From positions 128,001 through 192,000 of IMG/VR virus record IMGVR_UViG_3300024493_000235: DNA of 64,000 nt; one strand, 5' to 3'. This document shows, in pieces, positions 27,771 to 36,935 of this stretch. The position numbers and the translations under genes were made by a program. The notes under the pieces are model-generated. The model worked only from the letters and a program-made list of their open reading frames with translations. It did not search any database and was not told the DNA's origin. This stretch comes from a virus. Its lineage: Duplodnaviria; Caudoviricetes. The stretch's first letter is position 1, and the number at the start of each line of letters is the position of its first letter.

Positions 27771-30700
27771 TATTTTGTAAGTTCTTCGGCTAAAACTGCC
27801 GCATTCCTTTCATCGATACCGATATCATCATTAGCATCATTCTTTTCTTGAACAACAGAGATGATGTTTTTAACGATATCTTTCTTCGAAGCCGTTATGG
27901 GAGCTGCCAATTCGTCAGCAGTTTTTGCTTTACTTTTGAACTTAACAAAAACCCTTATACAAAAATAAAGAAGTCCTTGTCCTATTCTCCCATTTTTAAA
28001 ATTCTCTTTAGGGGATATGCAATCGTTATACAATTGCTTTATATCGTTCAAATCTTTGAGTGCTTTTTCTCGCAATTCCTGTGACAAATATTTGTTGGTA
28101 TTGAGTTCTTTTTCAAGATTTTCATACATTGCTTTGATTCTTACCCTGTTTGTAGGATGATCATCTAAAGCTGCCAACATCGAAATCGTGCCCGCCATAT
28201 TGAATTGTTGTATGGTGTTTAAAATAGGAATCTTACATACGTCATGAACATTTTGCTCATTTTCATATAGATGATAGTTAAGAGCACTTAAGTCTCCACC
28301 GAGTCCATACATTGTAGCAAAATAGTCTGCGAATTTTTCATCTCTATGTCTTCTGTTAAAATATACACCACGTACTGCCAAATCCAGTAAATAAAACGGG
28401 TCGTATAATATTACAGTTGCAAATGATGTTAAACCCGGAATTGGGATGACAGAGACTATCGATACCAAAACAGATTGAAGACATGAAAGAATAAGTACAA
28501 CAGGATTTACAATAGTATCGGAACCCTGATTTTTTGGTTTTTGAGCTTTACCATCTTTGAATTCTGTTGTATTCATATCTTGGGTTGTCGATGCTTGTAA
28601 TTCTTGAGCAAATTTAAGTCTATCCTTTCCAAGACCAAACTTTTGAAAAAGTCCTACAACAAGAGCAAAAACTTGCTTTGTGGCATTAACAATTTGAAAC
28701 GAAAGGGCGTACGCAAAGAAATCTTTTATAGCTCCTGCTGTAACAGCGAACATCATCGATTGTCTTTGTCTTTGTATAGATTCGTTTTTATAATGCTGAA
28801 ATCCGTGCCCAATTTCGTGAAACATAACTGCAACGATTGTAGTTTCACTTAATTTTGGATCTGTTATAAGACGTATCCCAAGCGAAATTATAAAAAAGAT
28901 ATTATCCGGTTTTTCAAACTTTATGCCATTAGAGGTTTCAATAACTTTTGTAGTTTTTGCAGCTTTAAGTTGTACAGAATTTCCTCTCACCATTGAAAGA
29001 GCGTATGCGTTGTAAATATTTTCTAACCCCAAAATCGTGTCTTCTGTGTTGAATTCTTTTGACAATTCTTTTCCCCAAATTTTGAGAATATTTTTTATTT
29101 TTTCTCGATTTTCTTGTGGAATAGTTCCAGAAGTTGGGAAAAGGGATCTTATTTTTTTGAGGTAATTTATCGAGTTCTTTACGATAGCGGTTTGTCCGAA
29201 ATATCCTTCCATTGTCACAGAACGAAGATTTTCATATTCTACGTCTGTAAGTGGGGATTCAAATGCTACGACACAATCTAACGGATCGACATATTTATCT
29301 TCTTCGACCATTGATAATGGGGATTTACCTTCGATTATTTCAAGAACAGACTTTTCTTCGTCCGGTTTAAACTTAAGAATTTTCTTAATATCAAAAGAAT
29401 TTATCCACGCAGATATTGCATGGAGTCCTATTGAAAGTTTACTAGGTTTCTTTTCGACACTGAGATCTCCTTTTATAAAAATGCCCTTGAAAAACCTGAA
29501 CGCATAATACATAAAAGCGACAGCATGATTATTTTCTTCCGAATTCAGTTTCGGATCCGTACGTACTTTGTACGTTTCATTAACCCTGTTTATGTCTTCA
29601 ATAAGAGCCTTTTTAAGTTTCGGATTTAATGCTTGCGCTTCAAGATCCTTTACAAGATTCTTATGAACGTTCACAATACGGGCATGATCGGTAGGATGAC
29701 CTGAAATATGATTTTCCATTGCAACTAATAATAAAGCTGGCATTTGAGCTACAACATTTACGACTGGTATATTATTCGTTGCTTTGAAGATACCACTTTT
29801 TATAAAATCCGCACTCACATTTATATCACGAAACAATTTTAGAGCTTCTGTAATTTCAGGTCCCATGCCATATGCTGCGGCTATCTCATCTGCCGTTTTT
29901 TCAATTTTCTTTCCAACCCAAACTCCAGGAGGAAGGACACTCATCATAAGTTTTGATATCACATAACCTGGAAATCCGTATAACACAATTTGAAATGCTG
30001 TTGTGAGTATGCATATAATCTGTCTTACTACAACATTTACTGCAAGGGTTAAATCTTCAAATTTTCCAACAACAAAAGATCCTTCAAGAAGTTTATGTCT
30101 TGTCTCCTTTATCTTCGTGCTTTCATCGGTTGTTCTGTCAAAAAGATATCCCCAGAAATTCTTTACGTTTAAAAATATTGCTTGAATGCAATTTATAAAA
30201 ATTAAAAAATTTCTTCCAAAATCACCAACGTTATATGCAGTCTTTTTTACAAAATCCGATTTTTTGAATATCTCGGCGTATTTATCCCAAATCGGTTTAA
30301 CGTAAGAATCTTCACCTGGAGGAATTAAAAGTTCGTCGATTTCTTTATTCTTTTTGTATTCGTCTTTCATGAACTTTACGTTTGAAACAGCTTGAGAACC
30401 TTCTTTGTATGCTGTTTTAAAACTGCGTACAGCAGAATAAACACTTAATGTTGTTTTCACCGCGATATCTATTTTTACCCAAAGACGTTGGACTCCAATA
30501 CTCCATCCAGTCTTGTATTGCAAAAAAGAATGTCCAATTTCATGAAAGTACATCGCTGTCAAATGTTCGGGTTTCACTTGCTTTGCAGCTAACATATTCA
30601 CACTAAGATTGACGATGATATGATGTCCTTCTTTGTGTATATAGCGGATACCATTTTTATCAATTTTTATTTTTGAATACTCCTCCATGGCCTCTTTATC

Positions 30701-31093
30701 GCCATATTTTTCATATTGGGATAAGTCTAATTTGCCGGTAGAAACTGGTATCGAAGAGATTTCTGCCGTATGAGTTATTATGTTCATTGTCACACTTTCG
30801 ACATTAAAATGCTCTTCACTTAGCTCTTCTATTGTCTCCAATTCCCGTCTAATTAAATCGCGAGTTTTATCATCAATAACCGTATAAAGGCGTGCAATAA
30901 GCGCATTTTGTATCCTTGCAAAACACTTTGTAATACGGTTTACAACGGGTAATTTTCCAAAATATTCTTCGTATGAAACTTGCGTGCTATTTAATTTTTC
31001 TATCGCTTTTTCCATCTGAATTGATGTGTCATGAAGGATAAAATTTTGAGGAAAATAGAATCTTTTTGGTATTATCATATCTTCATCGTACAT
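27770..31093 (-). CDS. Tandem two-domain zinc metallopeptidase (M48/HtpX-like zincin), probably virion-associated (1107 aa)
   Basis: Two copies of E.YFG...FHEIGH...E..AD..A..YG.G...HPT...RI, each with hydrophobic helices. AACA-N6-TA at 31118-31129. Confidence 0.85.
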   Translation of the reverse strand: MYDEDMIIPKRFYFPQNFILHDTSIQMEKAIEKLNSTQVSYEEYFGKLPVVNRITKCFARIQNALIARLYTVIDDKTRDLIRRELETIEELSEEHFNVESVTMNIITHTAEISSIPVSTGKLDLSQYEKYGDKEAMEEYSKIKIDKNGIRYIHKEGHHIIVNLSVNMLAAKQVKPEHLTAMYFHEIGHSFLQYKTGWSIGVQRLWVKIDIAVKTTLSVYSAVRSFKTAYKEGSQAVSNVKFMKDEYKKNKEIDELLIPPGEDSYVKPIWDKYAEIFKKSDFVKKTAYNVGDFGRNFLIFINCIQAIFLNVKNFWGYLFDRTTDESTKIKETRHKLLEGSFVVGKFEDLTLAVNVVVRQIICILTTAFQIVLYGFPGYVISKLMMSVLPPGVWVGKKIEKTADEIAAAYGMGPEITEALKLFRDINVSADFIKSGIFKATNNIPVVNVVAQMPALLLVAMENHISGHPTDHARIVNVHKNLVKDLEAQALNPKLKKALIEDINRVNETYKVRTDPKLNSEENNHAVAFMYYAFRFFKGIFIKGDLSVEKKPSKLSIGLHAISAWINSFDIKKILKFKPDEEKSVLEIIEGKSPLSMVEEDKYVDPLDCVVAFESPLTDVEYENLRSVTMEGYFGQTAIVKNSINYLKKIRSLFPTSGTIPQENREKIKNILKIWGKELSKEFNTEDTILGLENIYNAYALSMVRGNSVQLKAAKTTKVIETSNGIKFEKPDNIFFIISLGIRLITDPKLSETTIVAVMFHEIGHGFQHYKNESIQRQRQSMMFAVTAGAIKDFFAYALSFQIVNATKQVFALVVGLFQKFGLGKDRLKFAQELQASTTQDMNTTEFKDGKAQKPKNQGSDTIVNPVVLILSCLQSVLVSIVSVIPIPGLTSFATVILYDPFYLLDLAVRGVYFNRRHRDEKFADYFATMYGLGGDLSALNYHLYENEQNVHDVCKIPILNTIQQFNMAGTISMLAALDDHPTNRVRIKAMYENLEKELNTNKYLSQELREKALKDLNDIKQLYNDCISPKENFKNGRIGQGLLYFCIRVFVKFKSKAKTADELAAPITASKKDIVKNIISVVQEKNDANDDIGIDERNAAVLAEELTK

Positions 31094-31179
31094 ACAAAAA
31101 CCGCCTTTTTATCGATTTACAAACATGTTTTTGAAAATTTCATTTTGGAGAAAATGTGCGTAACAAAAATGTCGATAAG

Positions 31180-31420
31180 TATATATAATACATTAAGTTA
31201 CTATAACTAAAGTAACTATCTAGTTACTTAACTAAAATAACTAACAACGTAGATAACTTACGATCAAGATTCTAGATTTAATATTTAGTTATATAAATAT
31301 AATTTAGTTACTCTAACTATTTTTTAACTTAGTTATTTTATAGAGATCTCGAAAATTTTTAAATTTTACTTTTTTTGAAAAAATTTTGGAAATTTTAAAA
31401 TGTTTTAAAGATCGTTGCTC
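31180..31420. other. Putative replication origin / protein-binding repeat array
   Basis: ORF-free and extremely AT-rich. About a dozen TAACT/AGTTA units in both orientations at 31196-31335, followed by AAATTTT tracts. Lies at a divergent gene junction. Confidence 0.45.
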
Positions 31421-31598
31421 ACAGTTGTCAACGTTGTTAATATCGATTATCTCCAAGGCTCGCTCAAATTGCTCTTAAGAAGATTTTTTAAAGTTAGTTC
31501 CAACAGTTTCTTTGACCACGTTTAAAGCGCCGAAATTTTATCTTGAAAGGCAATTTAACACTAAAGTATATATAATCTTTGGCGAGGAGGAGATTTTT

Positions 31599-33575
31599 AT
31601 GTCCGAGGAACAAGGATTACCGTTATTACCGACGACGTTACAAAAATCCGAATACTTATCAAAATACGAGATTAAGCCCGAGCTTGAAAAAATGTGGGGC
31701 TTCAATCCTTATCGCATTCTAACAAAAGCCGATAACATTCACAGGTATAACGATACACCAAGTTGGCAATGCGCAAACTGTCACATGATATTTGAATCAT
31801 CTTTTGCCGGTCTTGAAGAAATGTATCCAAAATATTATTGCCCTCATTGTCATGGACAAGAAGATCCTGTACTGCGGACAAAACTTCCGGAAGGCATGAA
31901 AGAAACAAAAGAGCATTATATTAAGATGCTTGCCGCCGAATGGTACATCATGGACGAGATTCAAAATTTTTACGGATATCAGCCGTACGAATTTAAATCA
32001 ATCGTCGTTGGAGAAAAAGTTACACTCGAACATAAATGCTGCGGAACAGTTTTCGAAGCAATTCCAAAAATGATTTTTGAAAATCGAGACTATGTCGATA
32101 TATTCGCTCCGTCAAACGGAATGATGCAAATGCCGTATTGCCCAAGATGCAATAACGTCATGGTCAATGAAAACGCAAATTTTGGCGGAATGAAAATGAT
32201 AGAGCATTTGCATTTCTTTTTCGACAAAATCGGTAAAGAATTTCCGTATGAATTTCCTGAAGACGATTTATTTAGATTTAGAGCGTACGAAGTTCCACTC
32301 GTTATCGCTTGCAAACATTGCAAACACAGATTCCCAATAGCGCCGGAAGAATTATTTAAAATGAGTTTTACAGAATTATCAAAATGCCCGCGATGTCACG
32401 GAGTTAAGAAAACCGGTGACATCGCAAAGGATGCAGTTATGCAAGAACAATTCAATCAAGCAAATGTGCATGTGGATAATGGTGTTCCGATACCTCCTCC
32501 AATTCCCGACAATCAAGACCAGACAAAACATTTGCCACAAGAGGTCACAGTCGAATCAACACCAGAACCGGTTGGAGTTGGAGTGCCTATTCCTGCACAA
32601 AATAACGACGTTCAACCAACTGACGATGTGTCAACAATTCAATCTGAAGAAAACGCCCAAAACGATGAAATAGTTGCAAGGGCTGTACAAGAAGCAAATG
32701 AAGCTGTAAAAGAAATTGAAGGTGTTAACGAGTATGCAGAGTTTCAAGCTGATAGTGCGCCGCTTCCTGTAATTGTTGACCAAAACGGAATATACGATTC
32801 GATACTTAACGAATCAGGATTATCAGTTGAATACGCAGACGACGGCAATGGTATGCTGAATGATGAAGTCGCAGTCACAGCAGAAGAGATGGAACAGGGA
32901 TTCGTATCAACGCTTCCAACAGAAGATGAAGAACCTCAAGAAGACTTGATGCAAAATTCGGAAGATTTTGACAGTAACTATTCGGCAGACTATGTCCCAA
33001 CTGAAGTTGAGACGACAGAAAACGATTTTGCTAATCCTGAAGTGGACCAAAATCAAGAAGATGAATTACTTCAAAATCGAGGTGAGCTTACTCAAGACGA
33101 AGAGATTCCGTTCCAAGAAGATATCACTCAAGAGGATTTAGAATCAACTCGTGAAATTGCAAGCGACCTTTTGGGTGTACCTGAAGGTAACGAAGTTGTT
33201 CCCACTGAAGTTGAATACGCCGAAGAAGAATTTGACGAAAACGAAGGGATACCTGTCGAAATGGACTTAGAAGACGATAACGAATTGACAGATGTTCCGA
33301 CAGAACCGTATAACGGTGAAGAAAACGATTATCAAAATCAGCCAGTTGTATTTGAACAGCCAAACCCCGCCTCATATGCTCAATTTAACGGTGCAAATGC
33401 GAATAGTCAAAACCAAAACAAAGTAGATATTATATCTACAGGTAACTCTAGCAGCGAACAGAGAATTCCCGGTCAAAACGATTTAATGCAAGAAAACAAT
33501 CCTAATGTGAAACCGTATGAACGAACACTCGCCGATGACATACTAGATGCCGCAACCGACGATGTGTATTGGTAA
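31599..33575 (+). CDS. Multi-Zn-ribbon protein with long acidic disordered C-terminus (start MSEEQ)
   Basis: GAGGAGG RBS, TATATATAAT at 31567-31576. Cys pairs CANC..CPHC, HKCC..CPRC, CKHC..CPRC. C-terminal half is E/D/N/Q-rich. Confidence 0.85.
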   Translation: MSEEQGLPLLPTTLQKSEYLSKYEIKPELEKMWGFNPYRILTKADNIHRYNDTPSWQCANCHMIFESSFAGLEEMYPKYYCPHCHGQEDPVLRTKLPEGMKETKEHYIKMLAAEWYIMDEIQNFYGYQPYEFKSIVVGEKVTLEHKCCGTVFEAIPKMIFENRDYVDIFAPSNGMMQMPYCPRCNNVMVNENANFGGMKMIEHLHFFFDKIGKEFPYEFPEDDLFRFRAYEVPLVIACKHCKHRFPIAPEELFKMSFTELSKCPRCHGVKKTGDIAKDAVMQEQFNQANVHVDNGVPIPPPIPDNQDQTKHLPQEVTVESTPEPVGVGVPIPAQNNDVQPTDDVSTIQSEENAQNDEIVARAVQEANEAVKEIEGVNEYAEFQADSAPLPVIVDQNGIYDSILNESGLSVEYADDGNGMLNDEVAVTAEEMEQGFVSTLPTEDEEPQEDLMQNSEDFDSNYSADYVPTEVETTENDFANPEVDQNQEDELLQNRGELTQDEEIPFQEDITQEDLESTREIASDLLGVPEGNEVVPTEVEYAEEEFDENEGIPVEMDLEDDNELTDVPTEPYNGEENDYQNQPVVFEQPNPASYAQFNGANANSQNQNKVDIISTGNSSSEQRIPGQNDLMQENNPNVKPYERTLADDILDAATDDVYW

Positions 33576-33595
33576 TACGTAAAACTCTTCTGGAA

Positions 33596-33790
33596 AACAG
33601 GTTATCTGTGGTATCTCCAAAAACGCTGACTTGACCGGCAGCGTTACACTCAATTAAGCGCGTCATTCATATAACGAGGCTCATGATGTATGAATGCGCC
33701 CACAGACTCGATTGTGGTTGAATGAATAACCACCCCGAAAATAACCAAACGCAGTATAAGCCTGCAATCATTTTTATTAGGAGAAAATTC
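33596..33790 (+). promoter_or_regulatory. Structured intergenic RNA / 5' leader
   Basis: Nested stems GGUUAU/AUAACC, UCUGUGG/CCACAGA, AACGCUG/CAGCGUU, CAUUCAUAUA/UGUAUGAAUG, GUGGUU/AACCAC, GCAG/CUGC. Confidence 0.5.
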
Positions 33791-36019
33791 ATGAGTGCAA
33801 ATACGCAAGATCAGAATGTGCCAATTCCGAATGCAGAGCCGACAATGCCAGCAGCTACTGGACCGGCTAATAGCGCAGGAAAAGCACAAGCTGTACATGT
33901 CGGCTCACATGTAGTAGCGCCGAATCCGTCAGCAGGACCTTCGATACCTGGTGGCGGACAAGCAAAAGGCCAACAAGCGGGAGGTGGACAGGCAAGACAA
34001 CAAGCTAGGCCGCAAACACCTTTCACAACAGGTTTCTCCGGTGCACAACCGAGAAATCAACAGTACCAGCAACAACAGATAAATCCAAAGCTGGTACTCG
34101 ACTTCACAAAGTTGCTTCAGTCGAATTCCGGCGATTCGGGCATGTTCAAAATGACCGAAATCGGAATGCTTCTGAACTCCATTGGGAATCAATACGGACA
34201 AGAAGTGACGGAAGTGGAATGGAGTCAAAGTCTCATGACGTGGAAAGCACGTTTGGGACAGTGTGTTGTTTACTTTGTCACAGGGCTTAAGAATAGGGAC
34301 ACACCTGTATTCAAAATTGTTGAACGTGATATGCCGCTTAATCCGTGGACATATTACGCGTATGGAAATCCCCTTACCCAACTTGTCCTTCCGACAGTGT
34401 GGAACGATCAAGGTGATGTGTGCATTTTGATTTACGAAGATGATTTTGAAATGTGCAGACGTGCCTTGGCCTATCATATCGGCAAATGCGCATTCCCGAG
34501 TTTGATAGGGGAAGGCTATATCTCTGAGGATAAATACTTAGGGCCAACAAGCGGGTTCCGCATTATCGACACGAGAATCGAAACGCACTTCAAAGAAGAG
34601 CTGTTAAGGTTCGTTCAAGAAAACCGATTAACGGCCATGGCAATTCCGGCAACGGAAGTTGTGGCTATGACTGTAAGCCAGCAACAAGGCTATGCAGGTT
34701 CATTCCAGTACGGCGGTCAGAATCCGTTCGGTGCTCCTCCATTTGGTGCGCCTCCAACAGGTTTTGGAAATGCCAATCCGTATGGCGTAGGACAAAACGG
34801 CGGGTTTAATATAAATCAGTCGTTTACAGCTTTACCGTCAACGATCGTTTTAGCCGCTGTGAAGTACCATGTGCGTGATGAGGAAGTTCCGGGATATACG
34901 GGACAGAAATTCCACATTGTGCACATCACAGAAATTATCGAGAATCGCCACTTCGTAGTGGAAGGGTTCTTGAAACATTTCATCATGCACTTTGCTCAAC
35001 AAGGGTATCAGATTTCCCTCGATTTAGATTTGAGTAAACTCAGCCAGCACCTCGTAGAACAGATAAAAATGTTCTTCTACGCAAATCCGCAAGATCCGAA
35101 AAGGTTCCACAATCAAATGGCATATATCCATCCGGATATGAAAACCTTTAACAGGATACACAACGATTATTTAACTCCAAAAACATTTTCTGCATTATTC
35201 CCAGATCTCGCCAAGGTTGACAAATTCCCCAAAGCCCTCCAATCCCAAGAAGACAAAGAGCGTTTTGAGGAATTCAAAAGAAGGGCGGGATACATACCGG
35301 TCTTGAGTGTAGGAGATCAGCATCTCCAGCTCAATCCTGCATGCGTACAATCTCTGTATACGGAGTTGCAACAGCGCAGATGGGCCGTGTATCATGGTAA
35401 AACGCTCGAAGAAGCGATCCAAGAATATGAGGAATCGCTTCAAAATCCTCAAAACAATCCGAACGCAGGACAGGCACAAGGCCAACAAAGGCAACAAGGT
35501 TATCAGAATCCAGGATTTAACAATCCGATGTTTGCCCAACAACCACAGTCTATGGGTTTTGGAATGGGGCCTAACTACGGCTATCAGCAAGGGTATGGAC
35601 AACCTCCTTTCCCAGGTCAGCCTCCGATGGGCGGTTTTGCCGCCCCTCCAGGGTATGGCGGATATCCGCAGCAACAACCATTCGGTCAGCCGCCATTTGG
35701 ACAGCAGCCGATGTATGGACAGATGGGATATGGCGTTCCGCCATACGGACAACCTTACCAAGCGCAACCTGATCCGAATATGAAAGGAAAAGGAAAAGGC
35801 GCCCCTCAACAACAGCAATTCCAGCAGCCATACTACTACCAGCAAGGATATGGACAGCCTTATCCCCAACAACCGCCAGGATATTATGGACCGCCGCAAG
35901 GAATGCAACCTCCGGGATATAATTATTACGGAGGACCTCAACCGCAAGGCCTTGCAGGTGGGGCATTCCCATATCAGCCATCGCCTCAACAACCCGGTGG
36001 TAAAGTGTTCGTGAACTAA
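33791..36019 (+). CDS. Protein with folded core and prion-like Q/P/G/Y low-complexity termini (742 aa, start MSANTQ)
   Basis: AGGAGA RBS. N-terminal Q/G/P/A tract, internal FGAPP repeats, ~190-aa C-terminal YGQP/QQP/PPGY repeats. Strong terminator at 36057-36095. Confidence 0.9.
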   Translation: MSANTQDQNVPIPNAEPTMPAATGPANSAGKAQAVHVGSHVVAPNPSAGPSIPGGGQAKGQQAGGGQARQQARPQTPFTTGFSGAQPRNQQYQQQQINPKLVLDFTKLLQSNSGDSGMFKMTEIGMLLNSIGNQYGQEVTEVEWSQSLMTWKARLGQCVVYFVTGLKNRDTPVFKIVERDMPLNPWTYYAYGNPLTQLVLPTVWNDQGDVCILIYEDDFEMCRRALAYHIGKCAFPSLIGEGYISEDKYLGPTSGFRIIDTRIETHFKEELLRFVQENRLTAMAIPATEVVAMTVSQQQGYAGSFQYGGQNPFGAPPFGAPPTGFGNANPYGVGQNGGFNINQSFTALPSTIVLAAVKYHVRDEEVPGYTGQKFHIVHITEIIENRHFVVEGFLKHFIMHFAQQGYQISLDLDLSKLSQHLVEQIKMFFYANPQDPKRFHNQMAYIHPDMKTFNRIHNDYLTPKTFSALFPDLAKVDKFPKALQSQEDKERFEEFKRRAGYIPVLSVGDQHLQLNPACVQSLYTELQQRRWAVYHGKTLEEAIQEYEESLQNPQNNPNAGQAQGQQRQQGYQNPGFNNPMFAQQPQSMGFGMGPNYGYQQGYGQPPFPGQPPMGGFAAPPGYGGYPQQQPFGQPPFGQQPMYGQMGYGVPPYGQPYQAQPDPNMKGKGKGAPQQQQFQQPYYYQQGYGQPYPQQPPGYYGPPQGMQPPGYNYYGGPQPQGLAGGAFPYQPSPQQPGGKVFVN

Positions 36020-36056
36020 AAGAGAAAGCAAAGGAAAACTTTATTAATACGAATGG

Positions 36057-36095
36057 AATGCTGGGAGATTTATTGCTCCCAGCATTTTTTATTTT
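36057..36095 (+). terminator. Intrinsic terminator
   Basis: AATGCTGGGAG...CTCCCAGCATT plus T-tract. Confidence 0.85.
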
Positions 36096-36188
36096 CTCTA
36101 AAAATTATCAGTTACTCACCTTATGAATTTTTAAAAATAAGAAAATTAAAAACAATGTCTTTAACAAAAATATAAGGAGAGTAAGCTC

Positions 36189-36887
36189 ATGGAACAAAAT
36201 CAAGACACCGAAGTTACAGGAAGTACGAAGAAACGTCTTACTGTGAAATCAACACAAAAAACATCTCATATCGCGAAAAAGGTATATGCGCCTTTTGAGA
36301 TTATGAGACAGATGAAGAATCCAAGTAACTATGATGTAGTTATAATTACTTTGGAAAGATACGAAGATGATGACGCTGTGTATGCGAGAGCCGCAAGGTC
36401 ATTAGTACACGACCTTCCTGGAGAAAATTTAAGAAAAGCAAAAACCTTCACCCTCAACAGGTCGTATGAAGGCGATTACAATGACGACATACTTTCTGTC
36501 GATACATCCGATTTTAAAGTAACCGAATGGTATCCGCCTATGATGAGTACGGCGTTTGATATGATAAGAAAATCGTTGGAAAATATAACAAAGAAATCAA
36601 ACGATTTTCTAGCGATACGAAATATCGAAGGCTTTCCGATAAATGACGCGTTTTGTGTTACAGTAAGTAACAATGAAGAACCTGTGTTTTTCGCCCTTCG
36701 TACGAGAACCCAACTTGTCTTTTTATACGACACGTTCCATACCTGCAAGAAGAAAAATATTTCTGCAGACTCAACTGTCGTTCTTGAATGTCAAAAACTA
36801 TTCCTTGCTTTCTTAAGCGAGGTGACAAAGATAGAAACTGCATACTCGACCTTCGCGCTACGAAATGCGTTAGGGTTACTAAACTGA
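36189..36887 (+). CDS. Hypothetical protein (232 aa)
   Basis: AAGGAG RBS, long ORF. Confidence 0.8.
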   Translation: MEQNQDTEVTGSTKKRLTVKSTQKTSHIAKKVYAPFEIMRQMKNPSNYDVVIITLERYEDDDAVYARAARSLVHDLPGENLRKAKTFTLNRSYEGDYNDDILSVDTSDFKVTEWYPPMMSTAFDMIRKSLENITKKSNDFLAIRNIEGFPINDAFCVTVSNNEEPVFFALRTRTQLVFLYDTFHTCKKKNISADSTVVLECQKLFLAFLSEVTKIETAYSTFALRNALGLLN

Positions 36888-36935
36888 GATTTGAGTATAC
36901 ATAATTTTCCCGACTGATAAGGAGAAGAAACAAGA

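Noticed and set aside
31190-31340. CRISPR array
   Set aside because: Repeats are 5-7 nt, irregular and in both orientations, with no repeat-spacer periodicity.
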